63,547 bases of DNA, filler included, from Intoshia linei (GCA_001642005.1; 4 parts of 4 records of this genome joined end to end with filler, not necessarily neighbours in it); one strand, 5' to 3'. Positions 1 to 13,247 are shown, counted from the first letter of the whole stretch. Made by a program: numbers and translations. Notes: a model not told the origin generated them from the sequence alone.

Positions 1-4
1 ATAC

Positions 5-646
5 ACTGACAATAATAAAAATGAAAATTAGAAAATCATTTTCTCTACAACAAATAAATAATACCTTGGAATATTTTTAATTTTTTTTTAATATGGTTTG
101 TTGGTATAATATGGTATCTTAATATTTCAGTTTTAACTTGGGTCTGTAGTGGATGATATTATTTATACAGTATTTCATAAGATTAACCTAATTATTAACC
201 TCACAAGGATAATAATAAAGACAAGAGAGATATAAAAAAGATTAAAGGGATTGACATAATTACATTTAATTTTCAAAAAGTAGACTTTTAATTTTTATAC
301 TGACACTCCAAAATCATCAAACTTACAATTCAATTTTTTTACTGACAAAATATTATTTTATAAAATGTGTTTATTTCTATATTTTTGTTGAGTATTTTTG
401 AGATATATATACTTTTTTGTTGAGTTACTTACAATTTTCGATGAATACTGATCTAGTTAATATATTTACTGACAAAAATGCAATTATGTACTGACAAGAA
501 AGCAATTAAAAACTGAGAAATATGTAATTGAATACTGACAAAATACTTTTTATTACTGATATTTTAATGTGTACACTGACAATTTTATGTTGAAAATACA
601 AAACATTATTTATTAAAAAATGTCAGTATTTAATTAAAATACTGAC
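5..646. repeat. Cluster of dispersed ACTGAC motifs, probably subterminal repeats of a DNA transposon end
   Basis: Exact ACTGAC at 5, 299, 341, 468, 490, 534, 575 and 641, an inverted copy (GTCAGT) at 622, and variants ACTGAT/ACTGAG at about 447, 511 and 556. The block ends at about 662, directly against the truncated Tigger coding sequence. Confidence 0.55.
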
Positions 647-662
647 AAATTAATTAATCCCC

Positions 663-1636
663 AATAACATTCCAGTGAATGAATACGTAATAAAAGAACA
701 AGCAAAGATTTTAAAATAGGAAATGAATAGCGAAGATTGTGGTGGATTAAAAAGATTCAAAGCCAGTGATGGATGGCTAAGATCATTCAAACGTAGGTAT
801 GATATATCCTATAAAACGTTGTCTGGTACGAAAGCATCATTTAGTCAAAATGATATTGATGATTTTTTTCATAATTTCAAAGATAAATTAATTAAATATG
901 AAATAAAGGACATTTTTAATGCCGATGAAACACACTATATTATAAAAAATTGCCTACGAAAAGCTACATCTTTAGTGCACAGGAATTTACGAAAAAGATT
1001 AAAGACAATAAAGATAGAATTTTACTCAACTGTAGTGCTCTTAGTGAAAAAATCAAACCGTTATTCATTGGAAAAAGTGCCAAACCACGGTGTTTCAAGG
1101 GATTAAATATGAATGAACAACCTTTCTATTATGAAAGTAATTCAACAGCTTAGATGACAAGTCGAATATTTCAAGATTATATGAATAATTTAAATTATTT
1201 ATTTTACAAAACAAATATAAAGGTTCTTATTTTGATAAACAAGCTACATGCCATTCTGAAATGAAACTATCTAATGTTAAGACAATGTTTTTACATGCCA
1301 ATACAACATCCATATTACAACCATGTGATCAAGGTGTACTCTGGCCGTGTAAGTGTATATATACACAGATATATTAGAAATTTGATTAACAAAGAAAACT
1401 TTAAAATCAAAAATATGAGAGGAATAACTATTCTTGACGGTATATTTTATTCCATTGAAGCTTGGAATAAAGTGATTAAAGAAACGATTCAAAATTGTTT
1501 TAAAAAAACAAATGATATTAATGTGGAAAATTACCAATCCAACACTCAGTTAAATACGATCGTATTAGAAGAAAAAATGTTGAGTGAACAGTTAACAGAA
1601 ATTAACTCGTATAATTATAATGTTGTAACTATTTGA
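663..1636 (+). mobile_element. Decayed Tigger/pogo (CENP-B HTH + DDE_1) transposase
   Basis: FKASDGWLRSFKRR, IFNADET, KPLFIGKSAKPRCFK and W..V..ETIQNCF motifs are spread over frameshifted ORFs 723-1106, 950-1153 and 1274-1636. Confidence 0.9.
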
Positions 1637-1955
1637 TTTTAATTACAAATATGGATGAAGTATCAAGTAAACCCATTTGGAATTCAGAAGATAATATCAC
1701 AAATTCTGACTATATTAGGTATTAATTGATAAACTAAAATCGATGATACTAAGAATATGTCCGAATAGTTTAAGTAACATTTACTCGATAGAAAATGAAT
1801 TTCACGAAAAATTATCAAAGAAAAGACAAATTTTTGAATATTATAGTTCTGTATAAAAAATAATAAATTTTGTTTATTTGTTATTTTAACATTTTTTAGT
1901 AATTGATGATTAATTATATAAATAACCAGTTATTTTGTATTAATATTATTTTGTT

Positions 1956-2504
1956 ATATAATGAAACCAAGGGTGGTGTTGATGCACTTGACTATTTATG
2001 TAATGAATACAACGTGAAAAGGAAAAGTAGAAGATGGCCTTACAGTTTATTTCAAGGAATTCTTAACATTCTTGCAGTGAATAATTATATAGTATATTCT
2101 TCTGGAAATGAACATGTTCCTAGGCGGATGTATTTGAGAGAACTTGGAAAATCTTTATGCCATAATCATGTAATACTTAGATCTCAATCTCTGAATAATT
2201 CAATCGGTATTTTATAATTATTGAAAATTGTTACCTGTTCAAAAAAGGCGAAGATGTTATTTATGTAATTACAATGCTAAAAGAACATTTCAAGTATGTG
2301 TTTCATGTAATTAGCATATTTGCAAAGATCATGGAAATATTATTTGTAAAAAATGTTTTGAAAACCACGCCTATTAAAATAATTAAATCGTATAACAAAA
2401 TGTTATATTGCTTCGTGTCACATTTTTCATTTATAAAAATAGACCATTTTTTATGCGTCTGCGAGCGTTAACGTTATAAGAAAGCGCGAGCACTAACGGG
2501 TTAA
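1956..2504 (+). mobile_element. piggyBac element, 3' part with right terminus
   Basis: YNETKGGVD.LD..C..Y...RKSRRWP (piggyBac catalytic region), a Cys-rich tail (RCYLC...CVSC..HICKDH) at about 2245-2360, and a terminus ...CACTAACGGG followed by TTAA at 2501-2504. Confidence 0.88.
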
Positions 2505-2800
2505 AACAAAAAATGTGAAATAATTAACAGTCCGAAAATTAAAAAAGAAAATTATTCTAATATAGCTTATTCCAGTTGATATAAATACAAAATTTCAACA
2601 CCAGATCTACGCATTCCCGGTGAAAAATAATTTTTAATATATTATCAACCAATATTTTTCAAATATTTCGACTAAAATAAAAATTGAAAATGTAAATATT
2701 GATCCTACAATTTCAAAAAAAATGTGCAATTTGTATGTCTATACATTTACAATAAAGAAATACGGGTGGAAATCTATATAATTCATTCCTTCGGATTTTT
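2505..2800 (+). mobile_element. Internal fragment of the non-autonomous Helitron family
   Basis: Aligns by eye to the reverse complement of about 15850-16135 and to 55011-55210. Confidence 0.75.
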
Positions 2801-3659
2801 TTTCATTCTTAAATTCTCATTTTCAAAATATTTTAGTCTAAAAACTACAACAACGAAGTATAAACTTTATGGGTCTTTCGTATTTTAGAGCCAATAGTTT
2901 GAAGATTTTATATAAACTTTATTGAATAAAATTTATTTTTTTTGTTAACAATATACGTCAGTGATAGCAAAAGTTGTTTTAGTGTACAAATAGACAAGAT
3001 AAAAATTTAAACTTGACGTATTTTCTAATTTTATCGATAATTTATTTTCAATTGTTATAAAATTGTATTTTATACTAAAAATAATATTGATAAATTTAAT
3101 TTTTAATCAAATACCAAGAAAGTGCAGAAAAAGGAATGACAATTAATCAATGAATTAAAAAATACATAATTAATGTTTAATTGTTACAATACGCTTATTA
3201 AATAGTTACATTATATTAAAACAATCTGTATAAGATATGAAATCTAAAATAAAAACTTAAACGACTTTAGAGCATAATTTTTGAATGGCTCTATTCATTA
3301 CAATGCTTTGCAATCTTGGCAAAATTAATCTAAAATTAAAGTGCTGATTCCGTTAATTATTATCGCATACCAAAATCGGAAATTTTCAAATTTTTTTCAA
3401 AAATTAAGATGTATCTTTCCTTTCCTACTACATTACCTTCTAACATTTTTACTGTGGGAATCTTATAGTTCTTTTAGAAAAATTTAACAGGTAAGTGATC
3501 CGAACAGAAGACCTCTACTTATTCTAAATTTTGAAACACCTGGTAAATACGTACAACTTGAATGGTACACTGTACATCGCACTCACACTTTTATTCTAAA
3601 AAATATAGTAATTTAAATACAATACAACTTCATTGCATATTTTAATTGAGTGAGTAGAA

Positions 3660-6600
3660 ATGTCCGTTTTAGAAAAATTTTTTATACTCAAAACTACATC
3701 AAGGAAATCACTAATTAAGGAAATACGAAGAATAGAAAATTTTGAAAAATTGGTATATGATCGTTTGGTATCTTTTATAGACAATGAAATTGATTACACA
3801 GATATGAGGAGTGTAGTAACGTTGATTGAATTGGCGATGGAATCATTAATTGACGTAAAAAAATTAACCGTACAAGACCATAATAAAATATTATGCAAGT
3901 TTTTAATAATGGGTAAAAAATTATTGAAATTGGTTTTGGAGCATAATCATAAAAAAGTGGAAAATGTTGAAAATTTAACAATTTTGCATTATTTAAGGTT
4001 TTTGATAGAAACATTTAAATACTATTATTTGAAAAAAGGTGGTGAAAAGTTTAATGATGATTTTTATCAATATTTTTGGGATTGTTTGGCGAATGATGAT
4101 TGTCCTTTAGTTTGGAAATCTCAAATTTCATTTATTTTGGTTTACATGATAAAATCTGATTATGCTGAAAAGAGTCAAGAACATTTATTGGAAATTTTTC
4201 ATTTTTTTACAGCAAAATCAAACGAAAAAACCAAGTCTATTATAAACGTTGATAAAACAAAATTCTGCGAAAAAAATGTGTCAAATTTGTACGCGTTTTT
4301 GAGTGCTATTTTAAATTGTTTTGATGGCGATGAGTCGAGCGATTTTATTAACGAAATTATCCAAACAACACTGGATATGTGTTTTATATCAGATTGTACC
4401 AATATATATGAAGTTGTTCAGATAATTCGTTTATATCATGCAAGTTTAAAAGTATCCAGTAATTATATGAAAATTAATTTGGTAATATCTATCTACGATT
4501 TTGCTTTATCAAAAATTTATCCTTATTCAATTGTTTCTTCTCAATCTAAAAAATTGGTCAATTACTGTTTACATGTTTTGTCGAAAAATCATGCTTCATC
4601 AATAAAACCAATTTTTGAAGAATGTTTGGAATTTAAAAACGAAAAACTTGATTTGTATACATTGTCGGTAATTGTGCAATTTATCAATTTTCCTGTTGAA
4701 AACATTGATTTTTCTATAATAGCCAGCAAAATTTTGACATTTTTAAATAATCGAGATTTACATTCCCAAGTTGCGAATGCATATACCTGTCTTGCTGCAG
4801 TGGATTCTTTAAAAACTGTTGATTGGTTAAATAGATGGATGAAACCTATTGTTTTAATTTTTGACGACAAAAACAATGAATCTGGAAAAGATTCCGATGT
4901 TATTGAACAAACAATTTTTGAGTGCATTTTACCGAAAATGATGAAAAATGTTGATAATTTTTACGAATTTTGCGAAAATTACATTTTTAAGAAGAGCACG
5001 AGACTCTACTTAAAAATGTCCATGATCAATCAAAAATATAAATTGGCTAATTTCAAAAAAATTTCTCAATTAGTTCATTCAGAATCCCCTGAGGAACGTA
5101 TTGATGCTGTGACCCTTATTGGTCTAAGTAAATCAAACAGTGACTGTTTAAAAAATACTTTAACATCTATAGAAGATTTTACCTTGACCAACACATTTGC
5201 TGCGCCAGGAATTAGAATAAAATTAAAAACATTTTATAAAAAATATTTTAATCTTATCGGACCATTGTGCAAAAATAATGTCAATTATCAATCTCATATT
5301 TCTACAATGTTAAAAATTATATTTTGCAAATTGTCCATTTTGTCACCTTACCAGGTGCAAGAAGTTGATCTAAGTTTGTTTAATTATTTTATATCAAGTA
5401 TTCCAATAAACGAAGAATTATTAAATTTGATTAAATCTAGAAAAAATAAAATTCTTGCGTTTTATTTGAGTTCCTACGAAAGTATTCAGCTAAAAATATT
5501 GAAAATATCGAAAAAACTGGCAATCATTTTCATGAAATACAATTTAATTTTTTTTAAAATAGATATGGCAAAAGATGTTATCGAAAAATGCATATTGTCA
5601 TTTAGACCAGCCGACGTGAAAACTGTAAATTGTGTATTGAGTTATATTTCTTTTATGAATTTCAACAAAATTGAAAAGGAAAAATGCAACATGCAAAATC
5701 TTTTATTTCAATATTTTGATTCATTTTACAAAATATTTCATCAACTTGAAAAAGATACTATAAAAATTATTAAAGAAAATGTTGCGATTTATCCAATCAT
5801 GTCTGCAATCAACGCTTTTGTTCCTTATCTTGTGTACCAGGATGACACACATGCACTGGACTTTAGCAATCACAAAATTATTTACTTTTTCCAAGTTTAC
5901 TTGTGTTATTTACCTAAAATGATTCAACTTTTTATTCCCCATCTTTCAAGTACTAACGACGATCATATCAATTTGGACCAAATTGTACTAGTTTCAACCT
6001 GGCGTTGCATTCAAGAAATTGCAAATTTAATGAAATTGCTTTACGAATGCGAAAATAAAAATATTCTCAAAATTTTTCATTATCTACAATTTTATGAGAC
6101 TTTTAACCAACTTTTCCAAAAAGCAAAACACCGTGGAGCATTGGAAGTGACAGTAACTGCTTATAGTTATTTTTTAAATTGCATTAAAGACGTACATGTG
6201 TATTCTGGGTCAAATAAACTTTGTTACAGAGAGGTGGAACCTGGTCATGATGAATTACGTTGTACCAATTCTATTGACATTGAGAAATTTGAATTTGTAA
6301 AAAATCCTTTGAATTTATTAGATTCAATTTTAAATGACGCTTTTTGTACTGATGAAAACTTAAATTTGTATAAATGTTCGGTTAAACGAAGTGCAGGTTT
6401 ACCATTAATAATAATGGCAATATTGAAAAGTGTCAATTTTAGGGATGCTAACCTTGTACAAGTTTTATTTAATAGATTGATCAATATTACCTCTGAAAAG
6501 GATGGAATACATCTAGATTTCAAAATACACGCGTTTAATATTATTACCATTGTTTTGAAATCTGGAATACATTACCAATTTATTTCTCCATATATTGATG

Positions 6601-7691
6601 AAATTGCGATTCAAACATTGGAAAATTTGAAAAAGGTTCCTTGGGGTGTTAGAAATGCAAGTAATCGTTGTTTTACTGCTGTTATAGCCAGGCTTTTTGG
6701 TTCATCCACTGGAAAAATGACTATGAGATTGTTTGTAAAAAACCATTTTAATTTATTTAATTATATTTTAAAAACTTTGAAATTAGTATATAAACCTTGT
6801 ACTATCCACGAAAATTATGTTGATAATGAAATTATATCAAAAAATCACTACATGTTTGCAATTTTGTTGATTTTAGAATGTATAAAATCTACAACATTGC
6901 ATGAAATTTGTTCTCGAGAGACATATTTAACTCGAAAGTGTTTGTTTACATTTTTCAAAGACTTATCAATTTTACTTACCAGTTTTGTGTATATGATTCG
7001 AAAAAAGGCTGCAAAAGTACTTGCTCAACTAATTTCCCCTGAATGTGTTACAGAGATTAATTCTTACCTTCACGATATGCTGACATCTTTCTATATAATC
7101 CATGCTGATGTTCCGAATTATGTTCATGGGTTTTTAATGTATATTAATTTTGTTTTTAAGTATCACCCTGTAGATTTATTAATTTTACAAGATGTTGATA
7201 AATGTATAAACTTGTACAAGAACCACATATTATCCTACACATTTCAAAGTTTAATGATTGATATTTACAAAAATGTGTCGAACGACACATCAATAAACAA
7301 AATTAAAAATTACCGTAAAAGTATCTGCAGTACAAAAACATTTATTGATTCAGTATATAAATGTCCTGTATTGTGTTTATTTGATGTAAAATTATCCGTC
7401 CAAAATTCGGCAAATATTGTGGAATTAATCCAATATCAAAAAAAAACTGACAAATATTTTGTCAATACTTTTGTTCACAATCTTGAAAAAATTTCTGAGT
7501 ATTATAAAAATGATGATTTTGATATTTCTTATATCTGTGAATATTATGCCAGCTTTTTTAAAATTTGTGATACTCAACAAATATCAATTGAACAATTTAT
7601 AATTGTATTTTATATGTATTCATTATTATTTGAATTTTTAGATTCTGAAATGTACATTCAACTTTTTTTTGTTCAGTTCTATTTTTATTGA
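3660..7691 (+). CDS. THADA: THADA / Trm732-like armadillo-repeat protein (DUF2428)
   Basis: 1343-codon ORF with KHRGALE, KRSAGLP, HAFNII and WGVRNAS..F.A.I.RLFG motifs typical of THADA. The true 3' end probably continues through small exons (donor about 7605, exon about 7642-7713 and more), so the ORF stop is likely intronic. Confidence 0.88.
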   Translation: MSVLEKFFILKTTSRKSLIKEIRRIENFEKLVYDRLVSFIDNEIDYTDMRSVVTLIELAMESLIDVKKLTVQDHNKILCKFLIMGKKLLKLVLEHNHKKVENVENLTILHYLRFLIETFKYYYLKKGGEKFNDDFYQYFWDCLANDDCPLVWKSQISFILVYMIKSDYAEKSQEHLLEIFHFFTAKSNEKTKSIINVDKTKFCEKNVSNLYAFLSAILNCFDGDESSDFINEIIQTTLDMCFISDCTNIYEVVQIIRLYHASLKVSSNYMKINLVISIYDFALSKIYPYSIVSSQSKKLVNYCLHVLSKNHASSIKPIFEECLEFKNEKLDLYTLSVIVQFINFPVENIDFSIIASKILTFLNNRDLHSQVANAYTCLAAVDSLKTVDWLNRWMKPIVLIFDDKNNESGKDSDVIEQTIFECILPKMMKNVDNFYEFCENYIFKKSTRLYLKMSMINQKYKLANFKKISQLVHSESPEERIDAVTLIGLSKSNSDCLKNTLTSIEDFTLTNTFAAPGIRIKLKTFYKKYFNLIGPLCKNNVNYQSHISTMLKIIFCKLSILSPYQVQEVDLSLFNYFISSIPINEELLNLIKSRKNKILAFYLSSYESIQLKILKISKKLAIIFMKYNLIFFKIDMAKDVIEKCILSFRPADVKTVNCVLSYISFMNFNKIEKEKCNMQNLLFQYFDSFYKIFHQLEKDTIKIIKENVAIYPIMSAINAFVPYLVYQDDTHALDFSNHKIIYFFQVYLCYLPKMIQLFIPHLSSTNDDHINLDQIVLVSTWRCIQEIANLMKLLYECENKNILKIFHYLQFYETFNQLFQKAKHRGALEVTVTAYSYFLNCIKDVHVYSGSNKLCYREVEPGHDELRCTNSIDIEKFEFVKNPLNLLDSILNDAFCTDENLNLYKCSVKRSAGLPLIIMAILKSVNFRDANLVQVLFNRLINITSEKDGIHLDFKIHAFNIITIVLKSGIHYQFISPYIDEIAIQTLENLKKVPWGVRNASNRCFTAVIARLFGSSTGKMTMRLFVKNHFNLFNYILKTLKLVYKPCTIHENYVDNEIISKNHYMFAILLILECIKSTTLHEICSRETYLTRKCLFTFFKDLSILLTSFVYMIRKKAAKVLAQLISPECVTEINSYLHDMLTSFYIIHADVPNYVHGFLMYINFVFKYHPVDLLILQDVDKCINLYKNHILSYTFQSLMIDIYKNVSNDTSINKIKNYRKSICSTKTFIDSVYKCPVLCLFDVKLSVQNSANIVELIQYQKKTDKYFVNTFVHNLEKISEYYKNDDFDISYICEYYASFFKICDTQQISIEQFIIVFYMYSLLFEFLDSEMYIQLFFVQFYFY

Positions 7692-8830
7692 TCTGGTTCA
7701 AATTCTGATATTGGTAAAATTTATTTTTTATTTTATATTTCTGTTGGTTCATTTATTTTTTAGTTTATTAGCAAGAAAAATTGTTACGAGTATTGATTGT
7801 TGAAATGTTTTTCATTTTTAATTTTAGCCAATGGGACCCAGATATTTGCATTTATTTATTTTTTATTGTTAATAATCCTCAATTTAAAGTAGATGGGAAA
7901 TTATCGGTATGTCTTATTTTAGAGGTCAGCAACAAAAAATATTTTAGTCGAGATAGTTTATTTAAACTGTTATTTTCATTATATGTGGTTTGCATTTAGT
8001 ATCATTTTAGAGTTATTGAACGCGTTTTCCGACCTTATTTTATTCTGTCAAATTATACAGATTAAATTTTTAAATTTAGATTTCATGTCATGTTTTAAGC
8101 AAATATATCTACCATATTATGAATGATGAATCATTTGATTATGCTAAAAATAATATTGGATACCTTATGTGTAAAATAGTATATTTTATTAATAGCATAT
8201 TTAATATATTTATTATGTCAGTTTTATATAATATTTTTGATAGGTATGGGATGTATCGTATCTGAAAAGACAATGTGAGTAGGGTAATTTGACGTGGTTT
8301 TGATATTAAAAAATGTTAGTGTTAGTCATTAATTTAGTTAATATGAGAATCGAATTTAATTACTATGCATTAAAATTGATATATTATAAAATATTTTTAA
8401 TTATATTTTTATGTTTTTTATTACAGTGTTTCCTGACCGATAGTCCATACGAAAATTTTGGTCGGGTTTGAGAAATTTCACGAATATATTGGAATTATCA
8501 AAACTTTAGATTAATATAATATTAATTTTGTTCAGTGCTAGTTTAATTGTTATGTACTTGGTACAAATAGCAGCTAACGATGCCGAGGGCCAACTTTTTT
8601 ATTTTAAGATTAATTTTATAGTTGATTTTAATGTTTTTTAGGTTGTAATTTATCATAATGCCCATGATTTTAAAAAATATCCAGGATTTATGTCTTATAA
8701 AATGCTGTAGCTTTTTTCATTTTTAACTCTAAAGATGTAAGTTTCTGAGGTTGAGATTTACGACAATAGTAATGATATTAAAACGCATCCAGAATTTATT
8801 TTATTTAAAATTCTAGGACTAATTTTAGTA

Positions 8831-9932
8831 CAGGCTAATTCCTATTTAACGGAAAAAAATCCTGATTAACGGACTGAATTTTCTTGAAGTACAAAAATAC
8901 CGTTAAATTTTAAATTAAAATAACTAGCATCATAGTTATACTAAAGCTTTTTTGGTTTAAATTAAAAACTTTAGATACGTAAAACATTTTATTTTCTTCT
9001 TGATTTATCATGATCATGGTTTATTATTAATTATGTGAAATAAAATGGCCTGCAAATTTAGGTTAAATGGAATCAAAATCAAAATTTTTTCATTTTTTTA
9101 ATGCAATGGTTTCCGGTTAAAATAGTGTACGGATCCCCATTTCAAAATATTTATATTTTTGGACCCCAAGGGAAACATGAAATGTAAAACATTAATGACA
9201 AAATTAAAGGTTTTTCATCTTAAGATTTAGTAAAATCATATTTTTCTAAAAAATATTTGAAAAAGAGGACATTTCCCTTAAGCGTTAATAAAATCATATT
9301 TTTCAAAAAAATATTGGTAAAAGAAAGATTTTTTTATTTAGGGTTGGTAAAAGTTAATTTTTTATTTTGGGTTTTGGATTAGGAAGTTGTTGCCCATAAG
9401 ATTTAGTAAAATCGGATTTTTCAGAATAATAATGGAAAAAGAGGATATTTCCTTTAAGCGTTGGTAATATTGGAGTTTTATTTTAGGGTTGGAATAAAAG
9501 GTATTTCTCATAAAATTTGGTAAAATCGTGTTTTTTAAAAAAATATTGTAAAAAGGGTATTGTTCCCTTAAGGGTTGGTAAAATTGGATTTTTTATTTTG
9601 TGATTTGAATGAGTTGACTTTTTCATAAGGTGTCGTAAAATCTGATTTTTCCCTGAGTGCTTGAAATGGTATTTTTTATTAAATTATATTTATGATGGCA
9701 TAAAAGTGGAATTTTTGAAATAATATAGCGGTCGTCTAGGCTTTAGGATAATCAACATCTAGAAACTCTGTAATAAATATTAAAAAATCTCCTATAAAAA
9801 TAAATAAAAGTTGATAAACATTTTTCTATATTTTATTTGAATCTAACGAGAATGTTTTTTCAAAAAAATTCCTCGTTAACGGAATGATATTATTTTCAAG
9901 ACCAATTATTCCGCTAACGATGAATTAGCCTG
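8831..9932. mobile_element. Tc1/mariner-pogo-type non-autonomous element with a nested repeat-bearing (hAT-like) insert
   Basis: TIRs CAGGCTAATTC / GAATTAGCCTG flanked by TA on both sides. About 9200-9720 carries roughly 30-bp subrepeats (CCCTTAAGGGTTGGTAAAA). Confidence 0.75.
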
Positions 9933-10784
9933 TATTTATATAAAAAAAAAGCATTTTATGTTTTTGATCCTGAAGAACTCACTTTCTCAAAATAAAGCAT
10001 GTACTCGAAAATCTATATTAGCATTTTTAATAATATAATAATAAATATATAATAGCATAATTAACAGTTTTACATCCAATGATCCATATACGCATCATTC
10101 AAAATTTTTAAAATAATCGAAGGTTTATATAGGGCGTCTACCAAAAAAAATAGAAATACTGACATCCAACCATTTTTAATAAAAATCACAATTTACCAAC
10201 CCTTATTGGAAAAATCTAGTTTTAGCAACCCTAAAAGGAAAAACCCTACCAAGTCCGATGAATATATTAACGCCTCTGGTAGATAGTGACCACTGGCTTA
10301 ACTGGGAATAAGTAATTTGACGTAAAGTGATTTGTTTTTATAAAGTGTAAAATTATGTAGTTTAACAGAACCTATTTTTCAAATAGTAACTAAAAAATTG
10401 TTTAGCTCATTACAACATTGAAATTTCTGATGCTGATTACGTTATCAGTAAATATTATTTCATTTATAAAATGATAATTGATAATTCTCTTAAAAACCGA
10501 CAAACCGGAAGTACAATCTTATTGCAAACTATAGCCCAATATTTACATTTGGATATTTCAAATAGTAATTTTATTTTAATATACATATGTATAAATATTA
10601 ACATACATTGTAATAATATAATAATAATAATGTAATAATATTGTAATATATGTAATATTATTAATCTATTCTATAAGCCATTATGAAGATAAACCCGGAA
10701 ACTGCCCTTTTAATGTACTTTTATTTTATAAATTTACAATTAAATTCAAAAAAACATAAAACAACATTATCGATTGATTTGATC

Positions 10785-11434
10785 ATGGATTTATTTAATC
10801 GAATTGTTGGAGAATTACCTATATTAAACGGAATTGAGTTTAAAATGGTTATTTAATTATATATTATAGTGTAACTACTTAAAATACTAGAAATGTAATT
10901 CCACTAGACTACAAACAAAAATCTACTTATAACAAATATTGTATTTATTGATACAAATTTTTATTTTAAAAATTTTTATACTTTTTTTAAAATCTAAAAA
11001 AATTTTTTTTATATAATCAAGAATCATGATCTGTTATTTTTCTAATTTACGAAATTCTAAATTTTTAGAACCCTGAAAATGGAAATTATGAAGAATCAAA
11101 TGCAAAAAAAACAAAAACTGTTTTTGATAACGACATACCGTCTGACTATATTAATTCGATTCATGTTTTGGATTTAATTAATATGCATTTCGGATTATTA
11201 AAAATACCAAAGATATCAACAAATCTAAGCTTTATAATTCCACCCAAAACAGAGTGCAAATTGAAATATTTGGACGTTATAGAAAAATTGGACATTGAAT
11301 TTATTGCTGAAGAGGCGTGTAATTTTTTCAAGAAAAACATAGACGAAAGCTTTTTGAAAGTTTATGAAAATTGGTACATCTATGCTGGGAAAGGCAATCA
11401 GTACTTCTTTTACATGACAGAAACATTAATGTAA
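10785..11434 (+). CDS. Hypothetical protein of about 140 aa (tentative exons 10785-10847 and 11069-11434)
   Basis: ATG exon with GT donor joins in phase 0 to an AG acceptor at 11068, and the frame stays open to 11434. An ETS-like ACCGGAAGT lies at 10504. No recognisable domain. Confidence 0.45.
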
Positions 11435-12082
11435 AATAAAAAATATTTTAAATTGTATGCGTGAAAATAACTGAGGATTAATGAAATGTATCCGAGCATA
11501 GCCTTACACATTTAAAGTTAAATATAGAATATTGCGAATGCACCGATTTGTGGAAGGTTAAATTGATATTTTTTAATTAACGCCAGACAGGTTAGGCAGA
11601 TAGACATTGCCAGATTTGTAATTTATAGGTGCAAAGTTACAGGCTGGTAAGGTGTAGTATTTAGACAGATGTATGCGAGATTGATATGTAGAATGGTAAT
11701 ATTAATTTTAACTTGTTTATTAATAGAAAATCTGTTACTAAAATTCAATTCATGTCTAGCAAAAATAGATTAGTGCACTATCTAATCGAAGAACTTTCAA
11801 ATAATATTAATGTGCATCATTTCTGCAAGCTGCATTTTCTTTGTCTGTTTGCGAAAATGTATAACCATGTATTATTATCTGCCGATTTACATTTAATTTT
11901 ATTTATTTTCCAGTTTGATTCGTTAAGTTTAATTGCTACAATTTTGTAATAATTTTTGATTTGCATTTATGTCTACTAATATAGTTGAATGAGTAGCAAA
12001 ATTGTTTACAAGTTTACAATTCCAGATACTCATTTTCTCATCTATATGATTAACATTTCCTATTTATTATAATTATTGCTTC

Positions 12083-13247
12083 ATGATAAATAATTTTCAT
12101 TCCTATTTTTTCGACATTCACAAAGAAAAGACAGATGCCATTCCTTTTGATTCAATGGTAATATAATTAAAAATATTGTTGATTTATATTTTAGATCAAT
12201 TCAGAGTTGTTTGGTGAGCCTGGAGGTTCAATATTCGGGAAACAGTCTAGCGACAATAGTTCGTTTTTTTCAAACAAATATTTAAAGGCGGATGATTTTG
12301 TGGGTGATTGTAAATGGGAAAATAAACGTAATGAATTTTCCATGACAGATTATAGTGTTGATAATCTAACAAACCAAATGAATGGCATTAATATTTATGG
12401 AGGCAATGAAAACAAACCTTTGATATCAAAAAATAAAGATAATACGCGAAAATGCCAGTTTCAATTAAACTCAACCCGTGAAATGAATTTATTTGACAAG
12501 CTCAATATGTTTGATGCGTATCACGATCAATTTAAAATTGGTTTCAATTACGATAAAAAGGTAAATTCTAAGCTCTATGTAACGTATGGAAGACCGTCCA
12601 AACACAATGACTATTTCAACATGAAAACTCATAATGGTCTTTTATTGAGTAATTTGGCACAAAAATTAAATATCAGTATTATTAATAACATTGAAAATTG
12701 TAAAAAATTTATGAGGGACGTTAAAAAGCTAAATATATTGTCTGCCAATACGTACTTGAGTGAAAGTGAATTTAAAGCTGTTTGCAAAATCTACAAGTTG
12801 GACGATAACAAAAAGTGTAGAGAAACTACTAAGATGGATAATAAAATGCAGCAAATCAGTGAAAACAACATTATGGCCATTCAAGATCAAGCCAATGTAA
12901 ATACTGCTTGTTTAAAATCTCAAGGACGGTCTTATAGGTACAAGACAGAATTATGCATCAAATATTTCTATGAAGCTGCATGCAAATATCATGTAAAATG
13001 TCAATTTGCTCATGGGTATGACGAACTTAATGTAATACCCAGGCATCCAAATTATAAAACTCAGTATTGCAAAAGTTTCTACGAGGTCGGATTTTGCCCA
13101 TATGGATACAGGTGTCACTTTATACACAACGAAGAAGAGCGTACAAATTTAGACTCACCGCCCAGTAGTCTTTCGTCTCAAAGTAGTTTTAGCTCCAAAA
13201 ATTCTGATTTTTCTCTTTTTAATTTTAAAAGAAATACTCCAAATTAA
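12083..13247 (+). CDS. ZFP36L: TIS11/tristetraprolin (ZFP36-family) tandem CCCH mRNA-decay protein
   Basis: RYKTELC-x8-C-x5-C-x3-H and YKTQYC-x8-C-x5-C-x3-H fingers with the canonical linker. Exon 1 (12083-12157) joins exon 2 (12195-13247) in frame across a 37-bp GT-AG intron. Confidence 0.93.

Noticed and set aside
3596-6550. Minus-strand ORFs 3596-3784, 3775-4014, 4199-4402, 4589-4927 and 6245-6550
   Set aside because: Antisense shadows of the THADA exon.
9200-9720. Regularly spaced repeats superficially like a CRISPR array
   Set aside because: The units are degenerate tandem subrepeats without unique spacers, in a eukaryotic transposon context with no cas genes.
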